The notes under the pieces are model-generated. The model was not told the origin of the DNA, did not search any database, and worked only from the letters and a program-made list of their open reading frames with translations. The position numbers were made by a program, and so were the translations under genes. From the human T2T-CHM13v2.0 reference genome, Homo sapiens, in assembly GCF_009914755.1 (NCBI RefSeq), contig NC_060925.1: 64,000 nt of DNA. One strand, 5' to 3'. Of the stretch, positions 24,123 to 49,566 are shown in pieces; position 1 is the stretch's first letter, and each line of letters opens with the position of its first letter.

Positions 24123-24258
24123 ATAGCTACAGTCTTTTAACATTACTTCTGAACCACACGAATATGTTTTTCAAAAATTAAAAAAATGCAATTTAAACAA
24201 GCCAGCTCCAGCCTAGACCACAAGAGACCCTGCCTCTATTAAAAAAAAATTTTTTTTC

Positions 24259-25156
<898 letters not shown>

Positions 25157-25159
<3 letters not shown>

Positions 25160-26772
25160 CAATATCATGAAAATGGCCATACTGCCCAAGGTAATTTATA
25201 GATTCATTGCCATCCCCATCAGGCTACCAATAACTTTCTTCACAGAATTGGAAAAAACTACTTTAAAGTTCATCTGGAACCAAAAAAGGGCCCGCACTGC
25301 CAATACAATCCTAAGCCAGAAGAACAAAGCTGGAGGCATCACACTACCTGACTTCAAACTATACTACAAGGCTATAGTAACCAAAACAGCATGGTACTGG
25401 TACCAAAACAGAGATATAGACCAACAGAACAGAACAGAGCCCTCAGAAATAATACCACACATCTACAACCATCTGATCTTTGACAAACCTGACAAAAACA
25501 AGAAATGGGGAAAAGATTCCCTATTTAATAAACGGTGCTGGGAAAACTGGCTAGCCATATGTAGAAAGCTGAAACTGGATCCCTTCCTTACACCTTACAC
25601 AAAAATTAATTCAAGATGGATTAAAGACTTAAATGTTAGATCTAAAACCATAAAAACCCTAGAAGAAAACCTAGGCAATACCATTCAGGACACAGGCATG
25701 GGCAAGGACTTCACGTCTAAAACACCAAAAGCAATGGCAACAAAAGACAAAATTGACAAATGGGATCTAATTAAACTAAAGAGCTTCTGTACAGCAAAAG
25801 AAACTACCATCAGAGTGAACAGGCAACCTACAGAATGGAAGAAAAATTTTGCAATCTACTCATCTGACAAAGGGCTAATATCCAGAATCTACAAAGAACT
25901 CAAACAAATTTACAAGAAAAAAACAAACAACCCCATCACAAAGTGGGCAAAGGATATGAACAGACACTTCTCAAAAGAAGACATTTTTGCAGCCAACAGA
26001 CACATGAAAAAATGCTCATCATCACTGGCCATCAGAGAAATGCAAATCAAAACCACAATGAGATATTATCTCACACCAGTTAGAATGGCGATCATTAAAA
26101 AGTCAGGAAATAACAGGTGCTGGAGAGGATGTGGAGAAATAGGAACACTTTTACACTGTTGGTGGGACGGTAAACTAGTTCAAACATTGTGGAAGACAGT
26201 GTGGTGATTCCTCAAGGATCTAGAACTACAAATACCATTTGACCCAGGCATCCCATTACTGGGTATATACCCAAAGGATTATAAATCATGCTGCTATAAA
26301 GACACATGCACATGTATGTTTACTGTGGCACAATTCACAACAGGAAAGACTTCAAACCAATCCAAATGTCCATCAATGACAGACTGGATTAAGAAAATGT
26401 GGCACATAATATACACCATGGAATACTATGCAGCCATAAAAAAGGATGAGTTCATGTCCTTTGTAGGGACATGGATGAAGCTGGAAACCATCATTCTCAG
26501 CAAACTATCACAAGGACAAAAAACCAAACACCACATGTTCTCACTCATAGGTGGGAATTGAACAGTGAGAACACTTGGACACAGGAAGGGGAACATCACA
26601 CACCAGGGCCTGTCATGGGGTGGGGGAAGGAGGGAGGGATAGCATTAGGAGACATACCTAATGTAAATGACGAGTTAATGGGTGCAGCACACCAACATGG
26701 CGCATGTACACATGTAACAAACCTGCACGTTGTGCACATGTACCCTAAAACTTAAAGTATAATAAAAAAAAA
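25157..26772 (+). mobile_element. L1PA (about PA4/PA5) 3' segment; ORF2 C-terminus and 3'UTR
   Basis: 346-aa ORF2 remnant at 25167-26207 with [16 protein letters not shown]. Ends cttaaagtataataaa. TSD A9T8 at 24241-24257 and 26764-26780. Confidence 0.95.
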
Positions 26773-26806
26773 TTTTTTTTTTTTTTAAAAAAAGCCAGGA
26801 TTTCCT

Positions 26807-27426
26807 TAGGAACACTTTTACACTGTTGGTGGGACTGTAAACTAGTTCAACCATTGTGGAAGACAGTGTGGCGATTCCTCAAGGATCTAGAACTAGAAAT
26901 ACCATTTGACCCAGCCACTCCATTACTGGGCATATACCCAAAGGATTATAAATCATGCTGCTATAAAGACACATGCACACATACGTTTATTGCGGCACAA
27001 TTCACAACAGCAAAGACTTGGAACCAACCCAAATGCCCATCAATGATAGACTGGATTAAGAAAATGTGGCACATAATATACACCATGGAATACTATGCAG
27101 CCATAAAAAAGGATGAGTTCATGTCCTTTGTAGGGACATGGATGAAGACGGAAACCATCATTCTCAGGAAACTATCGCAAAGACAGAAAACCAAACACCA
27201 CATGTTCTCACTCATAGGTGGGAACTGAACAATGAGAACACTTCGACACAGGAAAGGGAACATCACACACCGGGGCCTGTCGTGAGGTGGGGGGAGGGGG
27301 GAGGGACAGCATTAGGAGATATACCTAATGTAAACGACGAGTTAATGGGTGCAGCACACCAACATGGCACATGTATACATATGTAACAAACCTGCACGTT
27401 GTGCACATGTACCCTAGAACTTAAAG

Positions 27427-27465
<39 letters not shown>
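26807..27465 (+). mobile_element. Second 5'-truncated L1PA 3' end with a (TAA)n tail
   Basis: Homologous to 26140-26763. Has its own 15-bp TSD aaaagccaggatttc at 26790-26804 and 27466-27480, preceded by a TTTT/AAAA endonuclease site. Confidence 0.95.

Positions 27466-27466
<1 letters not shown>
27428..27466 (+). repeat. (TAA)n microsatellite derived from the L1 tail
   Basis: About 13 perfect units. Confidence 0.95.
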
Positions 27467-27469
<3 letters not shown>

Positions 27470-28774
27470 GCCAGGATTTCTTTTTGTAAATAGCCCCTAC
27501 AAAAGAAAAAATAACCTATTTTAAAAAAGAGCCTGGCACAGTGGTGCATACCTGTAGTTCCAGCCACTAAGAAAGCTGTGATGACAGGATCCCTCGAGCC
27601 CAAATATTCACCTGGGCAATTCTTCCTTTGCTCTCCTTACCTTTTACCATTGAGATCTAGGGAAATAAAACTAACCAATTTTAAACTCTGTTTCAACTCA
27701 ATTTAATGCTGGCTGTTAATTCAGGTCCAAAAACCCTATTGGAAAGCAAATACAGTGGTTATGTATATTACTTAACACGCCTAGCAGAATCTAGGCAGCA
27801 CCCTTAATCAAACACATTAATATCTCTACAGCAAAATATATGAATATTCAAACTTCTACCCTTCTGTCCAGAAATTTACCAATGCAAGAAAAAGAATAAG
27901 TTTTCCAAGCTCTTGGAATTTTAGAATTGCAAGACTATACTATTCTTTATCATTGAATCTTTGCAATTAGTATCTCTGGAACGTACACAACTAGAAACCA
28001 TTATATTAGATTTTGTTTTGTTTTGGAGTATAGTGTTGGGTTCACAGCTGACTGCAGCCTCAACCTTCTGGGCTCAAGTGATCTCACCTCACTCACCAGA
28101 GTAGCTGGGACTACAGGTGTGTACCATCGTGCCCAGCTAATCTTTAAATTTTTTGGTAGAGATGGTGTCTCCCTATATTGCCCAGGCTAGTCTCAAACTC
28201 CTGGGCTCAAGCAATCCTCTTGCCTCAGCCTCCCAAAGTGCCGGGATTACAGGCATGAGCCACTACACCTGACCTATATTAGATTTTTAACAAATCCAGA
28301 AACATTAGTCTCAAAGAGCTTAGCCAGAAAACCCCTTGTTCTGGCTCTGATTTTCTATTAACTCAGATACAAGTCAGCACATATTGCCAATTGATTTCCT
28401 GCTAGTCATTTTTAAGTTTACCCAGAAACATATCCTGTAAGTTTAGAAACATACAAACAAAAAAAAAACAAAACAATATTGCCAGAGACTATGCAACAAT
28501 GGCTGCTGACTACGCTGTTATTTCTACACAAGATAAAAATACACATACACATTTTCTGTGAGACAAAATGATATTCATATGCAAAAATGAATGATACACT
28601 CACAAAAGTTTCAAATGAAGTTTCTAATGCCCTCACATTTTTAGTTCTACAACAGACTAATATGCTTTAACAGTGTTTTCTAATGCCCAATTCAGATTCA
28701 AATACAATCAATCCATATGGCAAAGCAAAGGCAGAAGGCAACAAAGTAAGCCTCTCTCCTCAAAAATGCCCACC

Positions 28775-29185
28775 TTGCACAATAGCAAAAATATGGAATC
28801 AACCTAAGTGTCCATCAGAAGATGACTGCATAAAGAAGATGTAGTATATATACACAATGGAATACTATTCAACCATAAAAAAATGAGGTCATTCTTTTGC
28901 AGCAACATAGATGGAACTGGAAGCCATGATCTTATGTGAAACAACTCAGAAAGACAAATATCACATGTTCTCACTTACTGTTGAGATTTAAATAATGTAT
29001 ACACATGGAGGTAGAGTGTGGAATGTCAGAAAACAAAGACTCACAAGGAGTAGGGGGATGATGAGAAATTACTTAATGGGTACAACATATGTTTTTCAAG
29101 TGATGGACACATTGAAAACCCTGACTTCACCACTACAGCAGTATATCCATTGAACAAAATTACACTTGTCCCCCATAAATTTAAT
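28775..29185 (+). mobile_element. L1MA-type 3' end fragment
   Basis: caatagcaaaaatatggaatcaacctaagtgtccatc...ggaatactattcaaccataaaaa followed by L1 3'UTR. Confidence 0.8.
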
Positions 29186-30214
29186 TGCCCACTGTGAAGA
29201 AATATCAGTAACAAAAACAAGTTGAAGTTAACAATTCCAGTTGGGTCCTACATCTGAACCACTCAAATGGCCTTGATAATAACCAAAATAAAACATGCTG
29301 ATATGCCAAATTCCTCTGGACATAGATGGGGATAATAATAGGTGAGCTACATACATTTGGCAGACTTTAAAAAGCTATCTTTTAAAGACTAACTGAATGC
29401 TACTCACATATGACGAAAGTCAAAGTTTGCTGGAAGTTATACTACTGGCTGAAAGTTTTTATGGGTATAACTATAAGATTTACAAAAATGTTAAGGCCTT
29501 GATTGACCTGAAATGCTAGAGCATTGTTAAAATGTAATTTCAAAAAGTGAATGTAACTTTAATGTGCTAGAAGTTTCAGTGATGGAACTTAGGTTAAAAA
29601 ATAATCATGATTAATCTTGAACATGAATGGTGGTTATGACTGCATGATGTGAATTTACTTAATGCCACAGAACTGTACACCGAAAAATGATTAAAATGGT
29701 AAATATTGTGTTATGTATACTTTACCACAAAAAATAAACTTTTAAAATAAATAGATAAAAGAACCATGACTATGGAATAGTCAGAGGAGATTCTTCTAAG
29801 TTTGGCTTTACTATTCTGTACAAATAGTGTGCAGATTCTATCAAGGATACACGATCTTTCCAATTTTGTATTTCCTTTCTGGAGTAAAAGGAGTGAGACT
29901 CTTTTCATCGAAAAAAGGTGCTGTGTGCTAAGATGATGCAGCTAATGATCAGACTTGTACACAATGCAACCACTTTCAGTAGGTATCCCTAGGAAAAAGG
30001 ACACGCAGTCATCCACAGCATCTTCAACTTGACATATCCTCTACCTCAGTATCTCAAACTGTTGTTCACAATCCAGATAGGAAGAAAGGAGTAACTCATG
30101 AATTTGAGGTATTGCTATATGTCACCTCAGGTAAAATAAAATGTCTGTTTTTTATGATAGGAAAAATGAAGTTTTTAACTTTGAAAAACCAAAAGGAAGG
30201 GGGCATTAGACAAA

Positions 30215-33080
<2,866 letters not shown>

Positions 33081-33945
33081 CATGTAATTTAAAAATAATA
33101 TTAGAACTCCATGGTGAGACAAGCATCTTATCTGTTCTACCACTCTCACCCCAGGATCCAGAATATTGCAGAAAGAAGTCATAAACTCAAAATGTTTCAT
33201 CATCATGATCCGGTTCAATAGACTTAAAAAAAGTATGGCTTGCCAAGCACAGTTTCACGTGCCTATAGTCCCAACTACTCAGGAGTCTGAGGCAGAAGGA
33301 TCCCTTGAGCCCATGAAGTTCAAGGCTGAAATGCACTATGATTATGCCAGGCTGCTCTCCAGGCAGATCCCATCTCTTACAAAAAAAAAGAAGTAGTATG
33401 GCTTATCCTGCGAATCTACACAAACAAAGAGAATTGTTATGCAACAGTAACAGTAAAACAGGCACCACACAGGAAAACAGCTGGGCTTGGGCGGCAAACT
33501 ACGTTCTTTTTCAATGACAGGAAAAAAGCAATATAGGATCATCCACACTCCTCAAATCTTGCTTAATGACTTCACAAGATGGAAACCACCCAACCTGCTT
33601 TTTGACGCTACTCCTGACAAACTTCTCTCTTCACTAGTATCAAGAAAAGATCCTTCTCCACAGCCAATAAACCCAAGTCAAAGCACGCTTATACTAAATC
33701 AGATGAAGACTGTCAATATACCTAAGGAGAGATTTAGTTACGGTACCTAGAAATAAGTCGACGTATTTTCAGATAAAAAAGAGATCAAAGTTTAACGGTA
33801 AAAATAACTTCACAAAGTGAAAAATCATGGTTAACTATCAATGAAAAACATCCTCCCAAAGTGCTGGGATTACAGGCATGAGCCACCGTGCTTGGTCAAG
33901 AATTTCATCTTAATTTAAATCACTGCAGGATAAAATATGCAATAG

Positions 33946-36593
<2,648 letters not shown>

Positions 36594-37064
36594 TTACCAT
36601 TTCATGCTGCAGGGGTCTTGGAGTCAGACAATCTTGGGTTCCATTTCTAACGTTATCCCTTAGTAAACTGTGTAATCATAGTTAACCTCAAAGTATTAGC
36701 TCCTCAATTATAAAATGGTGATAGCAAAAACAGCCATAAATTGCTCTGAGTATTAACTAAATCCCTACATGAAATACTCTGAACAATGCCGGCTACATGA
36801 CATTCAATCTGTTAATTCCCCTTTCTGGCCCTCAAACTAGAAGTAATATGATATGATCATGAGCAGGAAAGTGGTACTAGAAAGACAAATGCTTAAAAGT
36901 CTTCTTGAAAGCACTAGTAACATCCTTCTTCATTCATCCATCCTCAACAAATATTTTATGAGTAGCTACAAAGTACTAAACCAAACAACTTGTGGCACTT
37001 ACATTCTATTGGGAGCAAACAGACCAAAAGTCAGTAAACAAATGAGACAATTAAAATAGGAAAA

Positions 37065-38239
<1,175 letters not shown>

Positions 38240-38240
<1 letters not shown>

Positions 38241-39520
38241 AATAGTGAAAATGGTATGAAGAAAACTTTTTTAAATGACATGAGAGGAAGGTAATAGTAT
38301 TCTAGATAAAGTAGAAGTAATTTCTGAATTGAAATCTGAGTAATACAAATAAGCCCATCCTATGAAGAGAAAGGGAAAGAACATTCCAGGAAGGTAGGCA
38401 TCTGGGGTACAGGTTTTAGGTGGGAAACAGCTGTGATCAAGGATGATAAGAGTGGTTGGGCACAGAGACTCACTCCTATAATCCCAGCACTTTGGAAGGC
38501 CAATGTAGGAGGACTGGTTGAGGCTAGGAGTTCGAGGCCAGCCTGGGCAACTTGTCAAGAACTCATCTCTACAAAAATACAAATAAAAAATTAGCTGGGC
38601 ATGGTCGCATGTGCCTGTAGTCCTAGCTACCCAGGAAGCTGAGGCAGAAGGGTCGCCTGAGCCAAGGAGTTCAAGGTTACAGTGAGCTATGAATGTGCCA
38701 CTGCACTCCAGCCTAAGTGACAGAGCAAGACCCTGTCTCTTTTTTTTTTTTTTTTTGTTAAAGGATCAAGGGAGCTATGCTGAGAGTAGCAATTAGAGTT
38801 TGGAAATTTAAGCAGAAGCTACATCACTGAGAGGCTTGTAGGGCCTGGTAAGCAGTATGAATTCTTTTAACAGGCGACAATGGGAGAATTTAAACAGAGG
38901 AGATCCATAATAGCACTGTTAAAGACCATTCATTTTTTATAAAAAATAAACCTGAGAAGGGTAAGAGAGGAAAGAAAAAAAGCTGAGAGATTATAGCAGT
39001 TGTCCAAATAAAAGGTAGTGGCCTAGAAGACAGTAGGATAACAGAAATGAATGGCGAGAAAAGGACTAGTTTAGATAGTAAAACCAAGGGGAATAGCTAT
39101 TGCATAAGAGGCATGAAGGAAAGGAATAACCAAGAATAGTTTACAGATAGTGTATCTTGAGTAGTTAGGCAGACAGCAGTACTACTCGCCAAAACTGGAA
39201 AGGAACAAGTTGAAATAGAAGTAGAAAGGAAATCAAAAGTTTTATTTTGAGCATAAAAATTCTGAAATGCCTATGAAAAATCCAGGAGGAGATGTAAATA
39301 CACAAAGTGAATATATGAATATGCAATTCAGGCTAGAACTCTCATCCAAAGATACAAATTTGAAAGTAATGAACATAAAAATAGCATTTAATGCCAAAAA
39401 AAATTAAAAAATTAAAAAAAGGAAGAAGGTAAAGCACCTGACAATAAGACAAAGGAGGAATTAGTAAAGCAACTTGCAGAGAAGTGGCCACTGAGGTTGG
39501 AGGAAAACCAACAGATGTTA
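38240..39520 (-). mobile_element. L2 remnant with an AluJ at about 38453-38740
   Basis: gggaaagaacattccaggaagg and gagattatagcagttgtccaaataaaaggtagtggcctaga are typical antisense L2 motifs. Confidence 0.65.
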
Positions 39521-39849
39521 CGGTAGCCATTCACAGAAATGACTATTGTATTCAAAATACTCTTCACACTTTACACTCTACTGTTGACACATCAGGACAA
39601 GGGCAACTTACCTATCAGCCCTACAGAAAACCAGAGAATCAAGTTTTACACCACGTGGGCTACTGTACTCTATACAATATATTGCTAAAATTTCTTTCAG
39701 CATTTAAAACAAAAAAAGTATGGGAAAATGCAAACTCTCTCCTGGAACAGAAATAATATATTCAGAGCATCTAACACTGTCTGGCAGATAGGAAAGCTCA
39801 ATAAATGTTACTATCATAGTGGTTATTTAGAAAACTATCCAATTTTTGA

Positions 39850-43538
<3,689 letters not shown>

Positions 43539-43929
43539 CCCAGAGTAACTTTTTGAAAATACTGTATTATTCAACCATTGCAACTAATAAACACTTTTGT
43601 TTCTTCCTTAATGTCTGCATCCAATCTATGCCAAAACACTTGACTTTCTCTGTTAAACTATGAAGAACATAAAACACTAATACAAGTAGTTCATCTAAGA
43701 CTGTACTTTGAACTAATCTTAGATAATTTATCTTTCAGGAAAATATGTACAGAAAAGGAACTTTCAGGCTCTTATTAAATGAGACAATGAAAATTTAATT
43801 ACATGGGCTATAAACTTAATCTGTCACTGAATGTAAACACAGGATACATTTCAGGACAAAATGAACAATTTCTGTTGCTTTTAGAATGTGTTGCACATTC
43901 CTGAGTACTAACAAGTGGCACTCTACGAA

Positions 43930-44105
43930 GGCATAGACTTTGAAGCTGGAAAAGACAAAAATTTGAATCCTAGATTCGTTTGCCAGCTAGATTACCTTGG
44001 GAAAATGATGTGATCGCTCCAAACTTCAGTTTCCTCATCAATACTCTGTGGGATTGCTGGAAAGAATTAGCAAAATAAGGCTTATGATGGGCTTAGCACA
44101 TACTA
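43930..44105 (+). mobile_element. MIR (host of the antisense 50-nt exon)
   Basis: tttgaatcc...ccttggg...tcagtttcctcatc...gcttagcaca, with an internal deletion of the tgtaaaatgggg core. Confidence 0.8.
43996..44045 (-). other. EIF4G3: MIR-derived alternative 5' leader exon of EIF4G3 (50 nt; an upstream AG would give a 61-nt form ending at 44056)
   Basis: Minus strand reads ttattttgctaattctttccagcaatcccacag|AGTATTGATG...TTTCCCAAG|gtaatc, with CTAAT branch, pyrimidine tract, two candidate AGs and a strong AAG|GTAAT donor. It lies antisense inside a MIR. It matches my recollection of an EIF4G3 5'UTR variant, which needs checking. Confidence 0.7.
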
Positions 44106-45849
44106 AGCAGTATTTCATTATTATACATAGCTCTTCCATAAAGATCATGAGTTTTCCTTTCCGTGGACTATCCAGGTGACACAGCCTTTAAGACATCTCT
44201 CCCAGATTCCTAATTAAGAGCACCAACGGATCTCCTAACTTCATTCTTTAGAGCTTAGAAAAGCTACAATAAAATATTATTACAAGGAAAAGTAGGTCCG
44301 TGGGAGCATGTGAGATAGATATATACATATCATGACATACAAAAAAGAAACTAAAAAGAATGCAATCTGCTACACATTTGACAAAATTCTGAAAGATACT
44401 GATTGACTTTTGCTACTTTGCATGGTGAACTTTTACATGCATTTATTCACTTCCTGAAAGAATGTCTCTCTGCCATGAAAGCTGTTAATTCTGATTTAAC
44501 AGCTATTCCCAAGGTGAGCAGCTTATCAACTACAGAATAATAACAGTTCTCTGCTCAAAGTATTTTTCACAGAAGGGTCAGAGAGAAAACTGCTTTTCTT
44601 ACATCTAGATGACTAGTGTCATTAGCCAAATTAATTCACCCAATTGTCACAGGCCAAAGATCTAGTTTATTAAATATACTTGTTCTCACCATGCCAGCTA
44701 TGAAGGAAAATTATGGAAAAAATCATTACCCCCTTTATTAGCAAGACTCTTCTCCAAAGGCCTCCACTTACACTTTTTAATTAAGTCTATTTTTCCCCTT
44801 AAAGAAGAATGATCTGATGGTTATCAACAGTAACATAAAATATTAGCTACCACCACTCAGAAAATATAATTCTCTTCCTTCATCCTGTAGTCATCATTCT
44901 CAATAATATCAGAGTACACTGGAAAAACTTTTCCTCACTACCTGTATTTGTAAATTCACAACCAGTAAGAGTTGAAAACCATTCTACAAGTCAATCTCAC
45001 CCCACTCAGAGCCACCCAAGACAGCAGGTCTTCCAGTGAACAGCAATGAATAAACAAAATAAAATTTTTGATCACTAAGCAAAACAGTGAACTACATTAT
45101 CTTTTAGCTTTTGGTTATAACATTAACAGGAAGAATACAAACTTTTACATCATTTATAATTTACTTCCTAAATTCAATTAAAATGCCCTTACTGAGAAAA
45201 AAAAATCCTACAAACTATCAAAACTCTAAACATAATTTCTTAAGATGGATACCCATGTGAAGTCAATGTTACTTTATTTGGTTTTTCTGAGGTATAAAAA
45301 TTCTACAGGCAATATTTTACTTTCTCATTCTAGATATACCCAATTCCCACAAAGATGTTTTCTTTCTTATAGCATTCAGCAGCATTTCATTTCAAAATAA
45401 AACGCCTAAAGGAAAGCATGTTATAATAAAAATATTCTCAAATAGAAAGCTTTTCAGCACATTCTATGTTCTTATGTAGAAGGGGCATACTCAAAGTGAC
45501 TTTCTTCCATAAATTTCAGCACAATCTAATCACTACTTATCCAGTATCGTAAGTCCAAATTTAAAACTCTACCAAAAAAAGTTTTGAAAAATCAAATGCC
45601 ATTTCTCAAAGATAGCCAACTTATAAAGACTTTAAAATAAATGTGAGTGGTAAAAATCAGAAACATATAAATATTTAGAAAAAGGGCTGAGTGCAGTGGC
45701 TCATGCCTGTAATCCCAGCACTTTGGGAGGCTGAGAATGGCTTGAGCCCAGGAGTCGAAGCTGCAGTGAGCTATGATTGCACCACTGTACTCCGGCCTGG
45801 CTGATAGAGGCCCTATCTCAAAAAAAAAAAAAAAAAAAAAAAAAAGAGC

Positions 45850-47770
<1,921 letters not shown>

Positions 47771-48264
47771 TCATGTGTTCACTGGAGCAGCCCTTTTAAT
47801 TTCCTTCAAAAACTTTTCCTTTGCATTCACAACTTGGCTAACACGTTCCTTGCAAAGCTTAATCATTTCTAGCTATTGTAAAGTGAGACATGTAACCCTT
47901 CCTTTCACATGACCCACAGAGGACACTGCAGGGTTATTGGCCTAATTTCAATATATCTCAGGAAAGAGCAAGGTCCATGGGGAGAGAGGGGAATGGCCTT
48001 TCAGTGGAGCAATCAGCACACAGTATTTTTTACTAGGTTTTCCTTATTACATGAGCATGGCACCTCAAAACAATTACAATAGTAAGATCAAAGATCACTA
48101 AAAAGAATTATAAAGAGACATGAAGTGAGCACATGCTGTTGAAAATGATGCCAAAAGCTTTGCTTCATTCAGTTGCCACAAACCTTAAATTTGTTAGGAA
48201 ACAAACAAACAAGTTATCTGTGAAGTGCAACAGACTGAGGTGAAATAAAGTGAAATGTGTCTGT
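47771..48264 (-). mobile_element. Tigger1 left-end fragment
   Basis: ttttaatttccttcaaaaacttttcctttgcattcacaacttggctaac...gttgccacaaacctt...tgtctgta. Confidence 0.8.
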
Positions 48265-49299
48265 ATAAGATTGTTTCTTCACCTGCAAAATGAAGGGGAA
48301 AAAAAATGTGTACTACTTCAGAGAGCTGATATACAGCTCTCTGTATACAGTTAAATGAGACGATTTATTAGAATAATTTGTTGTTGTTGTTGTTGTTGTT
48401 TTTAAAGAAACAGAGTCTCACTTTGTTGCCCAGGCAGGATGCAATGGCACGATCACAGCTTATTGCACCCGTGAACTCCTGGGCTCAAACGGTCCTCCTG
48501 CCTCAGTCTCCCAAGTATCTAGGAATATACAGGTAGGGACCACCATGCCCAGCTAATTTTTTTTTAAATTTTTTGTAGAGACAGGAGTCTCATCTTGTTA
48601 CCCGGGTTGGTCTAGAACTCCTGGCCTTAACCAATCCTCTTGCCTCAGCCTCCCAAAGTGCTACGATTACAGGTGTGAGCCACTGTGCCCAGACAATTTA
48701 AAGGATACCCAGGGCCTTGTATATTGTAGGCATACAACAAACCACTGCTACTATTATGAGCTCTAAGAGCAATCGTCTAATAATAAAGGTCAAAATGAGG
48801 TACAATACTTCAATAGCAGCTGAATTAATGACAGAATAACAGAAAATTTCTCAGACTTCAATCCTGTATTTGTACAACAGTCCATATAACATATCTGAAA
48901 TAAATTTTCACCATGTGTAATACATTATATTCCCTTCTTAGAATATGTGACAACCAAGCTTTAGTATCTAAAAATTTAGTATATCAGCTTGTTTAATATT
49001 GAGATTGTTAAATACAATTTTGAAAGTTCTATTTGATACTTTCCAGCAGAAACCATGTAACATCAAGGGTAATCAAGGGTACTCACTAGGTTTATCTTAA
49101 CAAATGACTTGTCTAGGAGGGAAATTTGAGACAAATGAGAAAATAAAATAACCATAAATAAGACACAGATTCGGATATTAGGATCAACAAAATCCTCCAA
49201 AATCTCGTTTAAAATATCAAAATACAGGCCAGGCGCGGCGGCTCACACCTGTAATCCCAGCACTTTGGGAGGCTGAGGGGGGTGCGGATCACAGGGTCA

Positions 49300-49566
<267 letters not shown>

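Noticed and set aside
25167-26207. 346-aa ORF, the longest in the window
   Set aside because: It is the ORF2 C-terminal remnant of a 5'-truncated, inverted L1 and ends at a premature stop. It is neither a host gene nor a competent L1.
36598-36606. 9-nt ag|CATGAAATG|gtaagg microexon-like pair on the minus strand
   Set aside because: Poor pyrimidine tract at a MIR edge. It shows that such pairs arise by chance, which tempers the other microexon candidates.
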